Shown here: one piece after another, positions 8,236 to 17,513 of the stretch
Numbering within the stretch: the first letter of the stretch is position 1
Layout of the letters: each line of letters begins with the position of its first letter
NCBI GenBank assembly: GCA_041178425.1
Contig: JBEGVH010000040.1
Coordinates: 64,001-128,000, forward strand
DNA: 64,000 nucleotides
Origin: Pseudomonadota bacterium
Lineage (GTDB): Bacteria; Bdellovibrionota; Bdellovibrionia; Bdellovibrionales; Bdellovibrionaceae
Direction of reading: 5' to 3'
Made by a program: the position numbers and the translations under genes
The notes under the pieces: model-generated
Database searches by the model: none
Told to the model about the DNA's origin: nothing
What the model saw: the letters and a program-made list of their open reading frames with translations, nothing else

Positions 8236-10205
8236 TCTTGCTAGCGACCCTCGTGTGTGTTGGTAGCGGATGCGCGAAGCCAACAGCCACAGAGGACGAT
8301 AGCCTATTAAAGCCAGAGGAGACGGCCATCGCGAGCCCGTTGCCGCGCACCAAGTGCACCGAAGGTGAGAAAGCCTCTGCGCGCTGTATTGTGAACTCCT
8401 CGGAGAGTTTTTCTTATACGTCGTCGTTTAATGGTCGAAATGTCTTTGGTAATAACCTCGAAGGTAACGAAGGATCGGCGTCAGTGACTGTGCCCAAAGG
8501 CTTTTATCAAAGCAAATTTGTGAGCGTAAAAGACCTTGATTTTGTCGCCGCCAATATCGTGAGAGGCGTCAGTATTTTTGGCTTGGTGGGTGATTTGGAT
8601 GCGACGCAGATTCCAGATTGTACCGCCGAGGCCGTCGATTCTGGAGTTGCAAACACCACGAGTTGTCGGTTCACCGCCTCCGGAAAGTACGCCTATCAGA
8701 GCTCTTTTGGTGGAAGAAGTCAGGATTGTTCTATTCAAACAACGCTGGCAGATGGAACCACGGTGAAGGGTCAGTGTTGGCTTAGAAATACCGAACGGTT
8801 ATACGCTTATGAAGAGAGGCTCGACTACCCGGAGTGCAACTTGAACAGTCAGGCCGGCTATTCTTGTAAAACAGGTCCTTCCACTTATCTTTACAATCAG
8901 GCCTATGGAGGGCGAGATATTATTTGCCCGACCAACAAGGTGGTTAATTACAAATGTTTCGTTAAAGATCCCAACTTTGCTGTATACTCGATAATTCCCT
9001 GCAAAGAAAATCCAGAGGTTGATTCGGCCATCAACAACTACGCCTGTTTTCCATCGAGTATCGGGACGTGGGTTTATGATGTTCCCTTTGGGGGGCGATC
9101 TCAGAACTGTGAAGACAATAATAATGGTAATTGTTATTTTCAATTCAGCACCAAAGCGCAGTCATCGGTTAACTTAACGGATGAAAACATCAAAGCAGGA
9201 GAGACGATCTTTGGAGTGATGGGAAGCTTTATCACTCAGGGCTTTTATTGGGGCAGTGGGGCTCACCGAGATGCGGGCGATAAAAGAATGGTTTACCAAA
9301 AGCCACCAGGACCGGTGCCTAATCCTGCGCCCTACATTGAGGCCGAGGCAAGTTTTGGCACCTCACAAACAACACTACCAACAAACTACCGCTTTGTACC
9401 TAAAATTGCGACTGATACCGAAGCTCCCGTAGTCGCAAAAATGGTGAATAGAGTTGGGTGGGGTACTACCGAGTGTGGAGTGGATGTGAGCTCTGACACC
9501 ACAGCGAATAGAACGGTGTTGGAAAAGCGCATTCTCAATTGCGCGGCCAATGCAACGGTCGGGAGCGGCGCGACTTGGGATGGCACCACCAAAGGAAATG
9601 CCGGTCAGGGCGTTTGGAAGCTTGTCACCAGAAAAAACATCAGTGGTTCTATGTATGAAGTGTGGTTAGATTCATCGACCGATCTCCTTTGGAGCGGAAA
9701 GGTCTCAATCCCAACAGGACTTAATTGGTGTAAAGCTTCGGGAAATAGTTTTAGCACTAAAATCGATGAAAAAATGCGCGAAAACGACGCCTCGGGCATT
9801 TGTAATTCAAGCACCTATCAGAATAATGGACTCAATCATCCGATTAGTGCGTGCACTGAAGGTTTTGCCGGTTACTTAGCGTCTGACGATGATTCTTCCA
9901 ATGGGTTCTTGAGCACGGGAACCTTTCAGAATGGAAAAGCGGGTTTAAAAACGGTGGCGCCCTCGCTCAAGGCACAAGGGCGCATTTTTTGGCGTATTCC
10001 CACCATTTACGATTACATGCTCGCCAATCATAACGGGCTTCGCTATGTGCTTCCAGACGCGGGGCCGAATCAAGGAGCCGAAGAGTGGACGGCCACAACT
10101 TATTCGAGGGATCGAAGCATGGCCTGGACCTATAACTCCACCAACGGACTTCGTCGGGTTCAACCTAAAACCTATAATTATAACGTGAGATGCGTGGGAC
10201 GGTAG
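8205..10205 (+). CDS. Paralog of the preceding gene: YGGR-repeat, DUF1566-like lipoprotein
   Basis: ATG at 8205 (MYWSRQYFRIILLATLVCVGSG-C) after GAGGG. Same repeats and the motifs VWLDSSTDLLWS, WRIPT, EWTAT and VRCVGR. The ORF track starts at 8139. Confidence 0.85.
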   Translation: MYWSRQYFRIILLATLVCVGSGCAKPTATEDDSLLKPEETAIASPLPRTKCTEGEKASARCIVNSSESFSYTSSFNGRNVFGNNLEGNEGSASVTVPKGFYQSKFVSVKDLDFVAANIVRGVSIFGLVGDLDATQIPDCTAEAVDSGVANTTSCRFTASGKYAYQSSFGGRSQDCSIQTTLADGTTVKGQCWLRNTERLYAYEERLDYPECNLNSQAGYSCKTGPSTYLYNQAYGGRDIICPTNKVVNYKCFVKDPNFAVYSIIPCKENPEVDSAINNYACFPSSIGTWVYDVPFGGRSQNCEDNNNGNCYFQFSTKAQSSVNLTDENIKAGETIFGVMGSFITQGFYWGSGAHRDAGDKRMVYQKPPGPVPNPAPYIEAEASFGTSQTTLPTNYRFVPKIATDTEAPVVAKMVNRVGWGTTECGVDVSSDTTANRTVLEKRILNCAANATVGSGATWDGTTKGNAGQGVWKLVTRKNISGSMYEVWLDSSTDLLWSGKVSIPTGLNWCKASGNSFSTKIDEKMRENDASGICNSSTYQNNGLNHPISACTEGFAGYLASDDDSSNGFLSTGTFQNGKAGLKTVAPSLKAQGRIFWRIPTIYDYMLANHNGLRYVLPDAGPNQGAEEWTATTYSRDRSMAWTYNSTNGLRRVQPKTYNYNVRCVGR

Positions 10206-10209
10206 CAGG

Positions 10210-12501
10210 ATGAAACGACGAATCTTTAATTTAACATTCATCTCTTTTTCTTACCTCACGCTGGCCTCTTTTTTGAGTGCTTGTTCAGGGAATTTAAAAG
10301 ATCCCGTCATCAATATTGGTGATTCTCCCGACGGAATTTTGTATACGCGCCCAACCCCTTCACCCACACCAACGGGTCGTCCCGGTTCTGGTGGAGATGG
10401 AGTAGGCGGGGATTGTTATGAGAATCCCGATATCGGACGTTTCTGCGAAGCGGATGGTGGCACCTTTGGAAATGACGCGGGTGTGATCACCGTTAATCTC
10501 CTTAACTTCAATGGGGGTGAGGCCGTTAAAGGCGGTGGTAGTTACTTTATCAAATATAAAACGACGATCACTTATGAAAAATTCAAATCTGTCTATAGTA
10601 AAATCGAATTAAAAAAACAGTCGGAGCCCGACACCGCTTGGAAAGTGGTAGGCGAAAAAATCACCTCGAACGATGGGGAGTTGGTTGAGTTCAATTGGAA
10701 TGTGTGTCCGAGCCTCCAAGTGGAAAGTTGTGAAAGAACCAATTCCGGAGAACTAGTGTCCGTCAACGGAAGTGATTATCAGCTTCGCGTAACCAGTCAA
10801 CGATTGGCCAATCAGTCGGGATCAAAAGTATCAACGGGGACTTTTGCCATCGATTCGGCCTCTCCGGTTCTATCCACAAAGCAAACCGGAGCCTCGCCCA
10901 AAGGGTTTGTGGCCAAAGTGACTCAACCAAACAATGGTTTTATCAATCTAGAGCTCAAGGGTGCCACTGACAATTTGAGCACCATCAAGTCCATTTGCTT
11001 AAAAACCAATTCGGCTGCTCCAGAAGAGTCAAATGGATGTTGGATACCGGTGACAACATTTAAGGCCGTTAAAACTCCCATTGCGGGTGGCAATGAGCTG
11101 AACATTGAGACCTTACCGGTGTTTGTAGGGTTCGGCGCGATTGGTATAAATTATTATGTGTGGCTGATGGATGTGGCTGGCAATATTTCGAAAATGTCAG
11201 AGACTCTACTGGATGATGTTGTGAAGTATGGGATCAACGAAAAAGATGTGTTGTCGCTAAGTCGCGCGGCTATTAGTTTTCCTGGACGGGATTCATTTTG
11301 GCAGCCTGGCTCTGCCTCTCAAACAACTCCTAGTTACAGTGGTAAAATCACGCTGAAGACAATTGCGGGGGCGAGTGCGGTTCAATATTCGGGTCACCTC
11401 GATGATAACTTTATGGCTGATCCGGGCTCTCTGGTAGTGACCTCAGCAGGGGTGGCTTATATTAAGAGTCCAGACGGGGTCGGAACGACTAAGGGTGTAT
11501 TAAAATTCGACCTCAATGCCGGAGAATACAAAGTTCTCTTAGCTCAAGGCAACCACACGGTGGGAGCTGCGAACGGTACCACCGCTAAAGTTTATGATCC
11601 TTTGCGTATTGCTCTGGATTCGAATGAAGACTTGTGGGTGATGGATAAAAAAGAAGACGGCAAAGTGGTCATCTCCAAGGTCACGGGGCTCGCGGGCGAT
11701 TCTCCTGTGATGGCCGATGTTATTGGTGGTGGTGTGAATACAAATACGGCCGATAAGGCGGCCCTCGATCTGCAAATTGATTACTCTGACGACTTTCGAC
11801 ACTATGGAACCTTCGCGGCTCTTCCTGGGGGGCTGCTGGTTTTTTCAAGTGACTCTCCCGTCAGGGCATTGGCGCCCCTCGCCCCGACCGCTAGGTTTCA
11901 ACTGAGGGTGTATTACCCAGAGCGAGCGTTGGCGTCGCAAATTGCAACGATTTTGATTTCATCGACAGACCTACGAGGTGCGGAACTCAATACCCCTAGT
12001 GGATATCCGCTCAAGGCGGTGGAGGGTTATGGGACTTTTGGCGTTTCGTATGACTGGAGTCGACACGATGTTGGATATCTCTACGGTCGAGGCTGTGCTC
12101 CCATGGTAGTAGGTTCTGGCCGGACCTGTTCTGAGTTGGTCAATATGGTGTTTGATCATAAGGGACAGCTAGTTTCTTTTTTACCAACCCAAGGACCTTG
12201 GCTTTGGGGAAATGAGACTCTCACGGTCTCAAAGCAAAAAAATCTCTATGCGCTCAATGCTTACCGCGGTCGTCTGAGTGTTTTAAGAGGCGCTGCGCTC
12301 GACGAAAACTGGATTGATGTTTTTGCAACGTCGGGGGTGGGTGCTAATTACTGTGCGAACGGCACCGTGGCTGGTCAATGTGCCGTGCGCGTAAAAGATG
12401 TATTTATCGGCCCGACCGGACGGGTTTATTTTATTGATGAGCAGAGACTGAGATTTATTGATGAGGATGGAAGTGTGCAATCGCTTCTGTCGTTTGAATA
12501 A
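10210..12501 (+). CDS. Large lipoprotein with Ig-like domains and an NHL-type beta-propeller
   Basis: Lipobox LSAC, Pro/Gly linker, an IDSASP...DVAGN Ig-like unit, and propeller blades DPGSLVV, DPLRIALDSNEDLWVMD and GRVYFID. Confidence 0.8.
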   Translation: MKRRIFNLTFISFSYLTLASFLSACSGNLKDPVINIGDSPDGILYTRPTPSPTPTGRPGSGGDGVGGDCYENPDIGRFCEADGGTFGNDAGVITVNLLNFNGGEAVKGGGSYFIKYKTTITYEKFKSVYSKIELKKQSEPDTAWKVVGEKITSNDGELVEFNWNVCPSLQVESCERTNSGELVSVNGSDYQLRVTSQRLANQSGSKVSTGTFAIDSASPVLSTKQTGASPKGFVAKVTQPNNGFINLELKGATDNLSTIKSICLKTNSAAPEESNGCWIPVTTFKAVKTPIAGGNELNIETLPVFVGFGAIGINYYVWLMDVAGNISKMSETLLDDVVKYGINEKDVLSLSRAAISFPGRDSFWQPGSASQTTPSYSGKITLKTIAGASAVQYSGHLDDNFMADPGSLVVTSAGVAYIKSPDGVGTTKGVLKFDLNAGEYKVLLAQGNHTVGAANGTTAKVYDPLRIALDSNEDLWVMDKKEDGKVVISKVTGLAGDSPVMADVIGGGVNTNTADKAALDLQIDYSDDFRHYGTFAALPGGLLVFSSDSPVRALAPLAPTARFQLRVYYPERALASQIATILISSTDLRGAELNTPSGYPLKAVEGYGTFGVSYDWSRHDVGYLYGRGCAPMVVGSGRTCSELVNMVFDHKGQLVSFLPTQGPWLWGNETLTVSKQKNLYALNAYRGRLSVLRGAALDENWIDVFATSGVGANYCANGTVAGQCAVRVKDVFIGPTGRVYFIDEQRLRFIDEDGSVQSLLSFE

Positions 12502-12516
12502 AGGGTTGGAGGAACA

Positions 12517-15500
12517 ATGATGTTCGCAATCAGAAAAATGGCGTACTCGCTGGCATGCCTCGCTTTGGTGGCCTGTTCTGGACAGGTTCAAGAAGGGCAG
12601 CACGATATGCTTTATTCTATTTTGCCGCCTTTGCCTCCGACGGGTGATCCTGGCCTGAATTTTCCGATCGACCCTGAGTTGAATGTTCCTGGGTTGAACA
12701 TGAAGTCTTTTGTAGGGGGCGAACACATTCACTGGGGCACCCATAAGATTTCGTGGTTTTTAGAGCCTCTCGATACAAAAGACGAAGGGATGTACTCAAC
12801 ACAATTAGAGTTCTCCCGTGACAGTGGAACCACCTGGACGACGATCGTGGAATCGGTTCCGAGTGTAGGTGCCAAGCTGATGTCGTATGATTGGGTCGTC
12901 GGTCAAGACCCCGAGTGGGAGGGGATTAATTATCGAGTGCGCATTACTACAAAAAATGTTTATGGCGTTAAATATGTTAAAGAATCGGAATCTGATTTCA
13001 CCGTTGATAACACGGCTCCGAACTTGGTCTCTGACGCTTTAAAAGTCAACAGCAAGCAAAGCACTCTGGTGCCAGGGCAGGGCTGGACTAAAATTGAAAT
13101 CGAACGGAGCTACATGTCCGTTGACTTTAAGGCCGAAGACGCCTTGAGCCCCGTTTCTGCCTATTGTATTAAAATGGGTTCGTCGGTGGCTCCCACCGAG
13201 AACGATGAGTGTTGGAAGATACTCAACAACATGAATATCGAACCCGGGCTCTCTGTTGAAGTAAGAGGCGCCCCTGCTTTTGTGGGCTTCGTTGCCTTGA
13301 ACAACGAATTAAGAGTATGGGTCAAAGATATGGCGGGCAATGTTTCTGCTCTTTATGCTGGTTCAGGTGTTTACAATAAGGATCGGGCTCCGATTGTTTT
13401 CAATCCGGCATTACCTCCCGAAGTCACTAACGTTATTGCGGCCAATGTGGTCAACCCGTCGGTTCCCCCTGCTCGAGGGGAGTTGACGACGGGTTCGGGC
13501 CTCAATCGAATTTTTATCAAATGGCGTATTCGCCCTAAAGGCAAGGGCCAACTGGCAGCCACCAAGGGCGTAAAATTAGAGTACACCACAGACGAAGAAA
13601 CTTTTCTGCCAGTCACTGAAGATGAATTAAAAGATAAAGACAACTCGGCCAATGGTTATTGTTTTTCGTCGGGTGACACCGATATTTACTCTGGATGTTA
13701 CACCTGGGTAGGATCCAATTTGCCGACCAGCTATTTTCGTGTGCGGGTGGTTGCCACTAACGATGTGGGATTAGTGACCGCCTCGTCCAGTGATCCCCTC
13801 AATTCTGGATCGTTTCGCAATATTGCTGGTAACACCGACCCTGGAATAGGCAATAGCGCCGAGAGTGCCATCTACTCGTATAGTGGGGGTGGGGACTCTA
13901 GCTGGTCGAACCCGGGATCCATCGTGGTCACGCGCAAAGGACGCATTTATATTCGAGATGATCGTATGGGCATCTTAGTGGTTGATCCTGCCGATGGTGT
14001 GAACCGCGTGTTTATCAAGAGAGGAAACACCTCTCTTGCTGTGCAACCGGGCGAAGATGTTGATGTGACTCAAGCCACAACAGTGCCTTATCGGATTGCG
14101 CTTGATTACAAAGACCGCTTACTGATTCTCGAAAAAAACCGTGTTCGTCGGGTGAGTGAAAATAATATTATTTCTACTATCATTGGAATCAAACCGGGCC
14201 CCAATGGCACCATTGAGAGTGGTTTTGCTCGTTTTAAAGATAATGGATTAGTGTCTGGTGACGGGAAAGCCAATTGGTGGGAGAAAAAAACCGATGGAAC
14301 CTACAAGCATTTATCTCCAGAGGGCTGCTTTTCGGTTTACACCACGCCGGGAATTCCCGCACAATACTACGATTTTACAAATACGGGCGCCGCACAGGTT
14401 ATGTGGCCTCTTCCTAACGGCGATATTTATTTTTCATCGAGTAACTTTTGGGGTCAAAAAGTTCAATCGGCAGCCGATGCCGCGCCTTATTTTGCTATTT
14501 ACAAAGAGAATGACCTCAAGGGTAACCCTGTTAAGCGTGTTTATCCGCTTCGCCTTTGTGGATTAGGTCTCAATGATGGCATTAAACAAGATCCGTATTA
14601 TCCTTATGATGACATCTATATTTCTTCTTTTCCGGGAATTAACTTTAATCCTTATAACAGCATGGTCGAGAGCTTTTCTCTTAGGGTTCATAAACCCGTG
14701 AGTGGGGGAGCCATTTATTATGGAGCTTCTTTTAATCCGAGAAGTGGTCGTTCGCGGGGCGCCAACACGATTTATCCGCTGCCACGATCGGCGGCCGGAA
14801 ATGTAACCTACTGGGGGGCGCCAGCCCTCATTCCCACTCGAAAAGGGGGATTGTATTTTAATCACAACTATTCAAGCTTAGCAGGAACATTTAAATACAA
14901 TGCCAGTTATAACCAATGGGAACCGATCTTCAAAGCATGGAACAACGGTCAGTGCTACGATGGAACCAAAACTAATGAGTGTTATGTTGATAATCTCGAT
15001 GTTTATGTGACCGAAGACAATGTGACATACTTTTTTGATCGTGGTCGAATACGCGCAATATCCAACAACAAAATAAAAACTATTTTTGGTCAGTCCCGTA
15101 AATACGGGGACGGAGAAGTTCCCTCATCGGCGCGTTTGAATATGGTGGAGTATCTTGGTGTGTGGGGCAATGATAATCGCATCATCGTTTATGACACGCG
15201 AGAGTATGTGGCGCGGGAGATTCGACCGGGGGTGAGTATTTCGCGCATTATGGGATCGAATGGTGAAGGTAAATGTGAAGTCGTTAATGGGGAGTTCAGC
15301 TGCACCACAGGATATTACTACTGGGGTTCTCCGAACGCGGTGATTGGCAATCAATTTGATAATAACACCAAAGTAGGGTCGCTTGCGATGGATGCCTCGT
15401 GGTGGGGAATTCACTACTGGGATTGGGCTACGGGCTTTGTGGTCGATCGCGACAATGGGGACATATATTCTTATTCAGGGGGCGGGCCGTTTCATGGCAT

Positions 15501-16452
15501 TGCTCGATACTTTAATAATCCCAATTACAATGGGTCAGGCATCGCCAAGCGCCAAGGGCAAATGGTCATAGGCCATTATAATAGCCCCTGGAAGTACTTT
15601 GTCACGAAGGGTGAAAATTCTTGCGATAATAAGTCGGGTATGGCCTGTTACTTGGGGGGATCTCCCGACTCCGGAAACGGTCTCTATGGAGGTGGAAATT
15701 ACGCCGTCGTGGTGCCGGCAATGGGAGTGGATAAGGTCACTAATAAAAAAACGATCATCGCCACTACTCACGACTGGAGCTTTAATAATTACAATGATAA
15801 AAATAATTGGATCGGCTCGCACAAGCATTGTTTTATGAAAGCCATTCGTCTTCCAAACAATACACCAACGGGGGCGCCTATTGCGGCAGGTGCTGATCTC
15901 AACTCCTCGTTGGTGCAACACGTGATGGGGAGCAATGATCGTTGTGTAGGTTATGGTGGAAATGGCGAAGCTCTTCCGGCCGATGGAACAGTAATGACCG
16001 ACAATCCCAATTTTCCAAGTTGGCACTCAACAACGATTCCTCATCGTTTTATGACAGAGGGAAATGAAGATGCGTTGCTAATGAGTTGGCGAGGGTCGAG
16101 TCGAATCGTTAAGGTGCCTTTTGTTCGAAGCAGTGTGGCCGGAGTGGGTGAAGGGGTGATCACCGGAAGTGCGGCGACGGTAACAGTTGCGAATCTCCCG
16201 CGTGGTATCTTAGGATACAATTATCGGTTCTCTGGAGCGGGCAATATGCAATTCTATTATTGTGCAACAAATGGCCTCCTCTATAAGTACGAAGGAGGCC
16301 TAGAAACTCAATTAACCTTCCCAACGGGGTCTGGAATATCCTGTTACAACAGGGGTAAATCCATTGAGTGGAATAAAACAAAAACCGCCTTTTATTTTAT
16401 TTATACTCAGAACGGATTGACGGGAATCGGCGAGTATTACGTTGGCCCATAA
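12517..16452 (+). CDS. Very large lipoprotein with Ig/FN3-like domains and NHL-type propellers; paralog of 10210-12501
   Basis: Lipobox LVAC, FSRDSGTTW Asp-box-like motif, VDNTAP...DMAGN, YFRVRVVATN, NPGSIVV and PYRIALDYKDRLLILE. GGAGG SD. Confidence 0.85.
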   Translation: MMFAIRKMAYSLACLALVACSGQVQEGQHDMLYSILPPLPPTGDPGLNFPIDPELNVPGLNMKSFVGGEHIHWGTHKISWFLEPLDTKDEGMYSTQLEFSRDSGTTWTTIVESVPSVGAKLMSYDWVVGQDPEWEGINYRVRITTKNVYGVKYVKESESDFTVDNTAPNLVSDALKVNSKQSTLVPGQGWTKIEIERSYMSVDFKAEDALSPVSAYCIKMGSSVAPTENDECWKILNNMNIEPGLSVEVRGAPAFVGFVALNNELRVWVKDMAGNVSALYAGSGVYNKDRAPIVFNPALPPEVTNVIAANVVNPSVPPARGELTTGSGLNRIFIKWRIRPKGKGQLAATKGVKLEYTTDEETFLPVTEDELKDKDNSANGYCFSSGDTDIYSGCYTWVGSNLPTSYFRVRVVATNDVGLVTASSSDPLNSGSFRNIAGNTDPGIGNSAESAIYSYSGGGDSSWSNPGSIVVTRKGRIYIRDDRMGILVVDPADGVNRVFIKRGNTSLAVQPGEDVDVTQATTVPYRIALDYKDRLLILEKNRVRRVSENNIISTIIGIKPGPNGTIESGFARFKDNGLVSGDGKANWWEKKTDGTYKHLSPEGCFSVYTTPGIPAQYYDFTNTGAAQVMWPLPNGDIYFSSSNFWGQKVQSAADAAPYFAIYKENDLKGNPVKRVYPLRLCGLGLNDGIKQDPYYPYDDIYISSFPGINFNPYNSMVESFSLRVHKPVSGGAIYYGASFNPRSGRSRGANTIYPLPRSAAGNVTYWGAPALIPTRKGGLYFNHNYSSLAGTFKYNASYNQWEPIFKAWNNGQCYDGTKTNECYVDNLDVYVTEDNVTYFFDRGRIRAISNNKIKTIFGQSRKYGDGEVPSSARLNMVEYLGVWGNDNRIIVYDTREYVAREIRPGVSISRIMGSNGEGKCEVVNGEFSCTTGYYYWGSPNAVIGNQFDNNTKVGSLAMDASWWGIHYWDWATGFVVDRDNGDIYSYSGGGPFHGIARYFNNPNYNGSGIAKRQGQMVIGHYNSPWKYFVTKGENSCDNKSGMACYLGGSPDSGNGLYGGGNYAVVVPAMGVDKVTNKKTIIATTHDWSFNNYNDKNNWIGSHKHCFMKAIRLPNNTPTGAPIAAGADLNSSLVQHVMGSNDRCVGYGGNGEALPADGTVMTDNPNFPSWHSTTIPHRFMTEGNEDALLMSWRGSSRIVKVPFVRSSVAGVGEGVITGSAATVTVANLPRGILGYNYRFSGAGNMQFYYCATNGLLYKYEGGLETQLTFPTGSGISCYNRGKSIEWNKTKTAFYFIYTQNGLTGIGEYYVGP

Positions 16453-16462
16453 GGTGATTTAG

Positions 16463-16595
16463 GAGCGCCATCCAAGACTGACTCTAGTTCTTCGGAAAAC
16501 GAGTTCGGAGCGCAGCCGGAGGGAACTTGTTCCCGAGGGGAGCAGCGCTTGTTTGAAGTTTTACGAACAACTAGAGTCAGTCCTGGATGGTGCTC
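16463..16595. repeat. 133-bp palindromic MITE/REP-like element with 38-bp terminal inverted repeats
   Basis: 16463-16500 matches the reverse complement of 16558-16595 at 34/38 positions. Inner hairpin GGGAAC-TT-GTTCCC. TA on both sides (16460-61 and 16597-98). Confidence 0.8.
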
Positions 16596-17513
16596 TTATT
16601 CTTTTTTAATCGAGGTTTCGTCTTTCATTTTGATGCGTCCCTCGTCGTCTACATTAAATTGATAGTGGGTCTTCTGTTGCCCCGTTTTATTGAGTTTGAT
16701 CGTTGGCATTTTAATGTTTGAAAGACTGCTCACCAAACCGGTTTCGACGACGGCGTCGGTTAGGTTTCCTGTTTGATTGTATAAGGTCACGGTGACTTCG
16801 TAGTCACCAGGGGCTAATTTATTTGTGCTCCAGATTTCGGCGCCAGGCCCATAGCGAGAGTCAAGTACGAGTTCTCCTGCGGTGTCGGGGTACTTTCTAT
16901 TTTTAAAGTCATAAAGTTTACCAGAAGGTGTTTTGACCGTTAAGTCGATGTCGTGTTTTTCGGTGTCCCATTTGGTGAAAACAATAAGAAAATTATTCGA
17001 TTTAAGTTCTTCGAGTCGCTTAGCCAATTTCGCTTCGTCGGCAAGCTTCTTTTTGAGTTGTTTTTCGAGCTCTTCAATTTTTTTCTTGAGGGGGGCAGGG
17101 TCTTCAAATGCTTGTGTGGCGGCAATTTCGCGTGATTGAGTTTCGGTTTTGCTCGCAAGATCAGTAATCTGTAATTTTTGTTCCTCGAGTAACTTTTCAA
17201 GTTCGGCAATCTTATTCTCTAATTGAGTGATCTCTTCTTTTTGTTTGCTAACGGTGTCGCGAAGCTCTTTAAGTTCTTTGTCGGTGATTTTAACCATCAC
17301 GGGAGGAGCCTCTTTTTTTGCTTTGTCATTCATAGCATCGGCGATTTCAGCGAGGGCTTGGGCCCCATTGGGGTTTTCGGCGGCAAGAGAGTACATTAAG
17401 ACAAAAAAGCCAAACAGAAGTGTCATTAAATCGGAGTAGCTAACGAGCCATTTTTCATCCACATGAGGCGCATGATTGGAGTTGTGCGACGACTTCTTTT
17501 TGCTCATCCCCAT
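16596..17513 (-). CDS. MotB-like protein with a coiled-coil stalk and a YfaP/DUF2135-like C-terminal domain (no OmpA domain)
   Basis: EKWLVSYSDLMTLLFGFFVLMYS is the MotB transmembrane motif with its Asp. About 100 aa of heptads follow, then WDTEKHDIDLTVKTPSG...LVLDSRYGPGAEI...GDYEVTV. Confidence 0.85.
   Translation of the reverse strand: MGMSKKKSSHNSNHAPHVDEKWLVSYSDLMTLLFGFFVLMYSLAAENPNGAQALAEIADAMNDKAKKEAPPVMVKITDKELKELRDTVSKQKEEITQLENKIAELEKLLEEQKLQITDLASKTETQSREIAATQAFEDPAPLKKKIEELEKQLKKKLADEAKLAKRLEELKSNNFLIVFTKWDTEKHDIDLTVKTPSGKLYDFKNRKYPDTAGELVLDSRYGPGAEIWSTNKLAPGDYEVTVTLYNQTGNLTDAVVETGLVSSLSNIKMPTIKLNKTGQQKTHYQFNVDDEGRIKMKDETSIKKE

Noticed and set aside
7980..10205. Diversity-generating retroelement targeting the DUF1566-like C-termini
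   Set aside because: There is no reverse transcriptase in the window and no near-identical template repeat differing only at adenines. The two 3' ends differ at all base types. A remote DGR cannot be excluded.
6169..10205. Prophage tail module
   Set aside because: Both genes have lipoprotein signals, and no capsid, terminase, baseplate or integrase genes are nearby.
6169..10205. Identical 688-aa lengths of the two paralogs in the ORF track
   Set aside because: A coincidence of start calling. The second gene most likely starts at 8205, giving 666 aa.
10210..16452. Rhs/YD toxin or teneurin
   Set aside because: No YD repeats, no RHS core signature, no toxin tip and no immunity gene.
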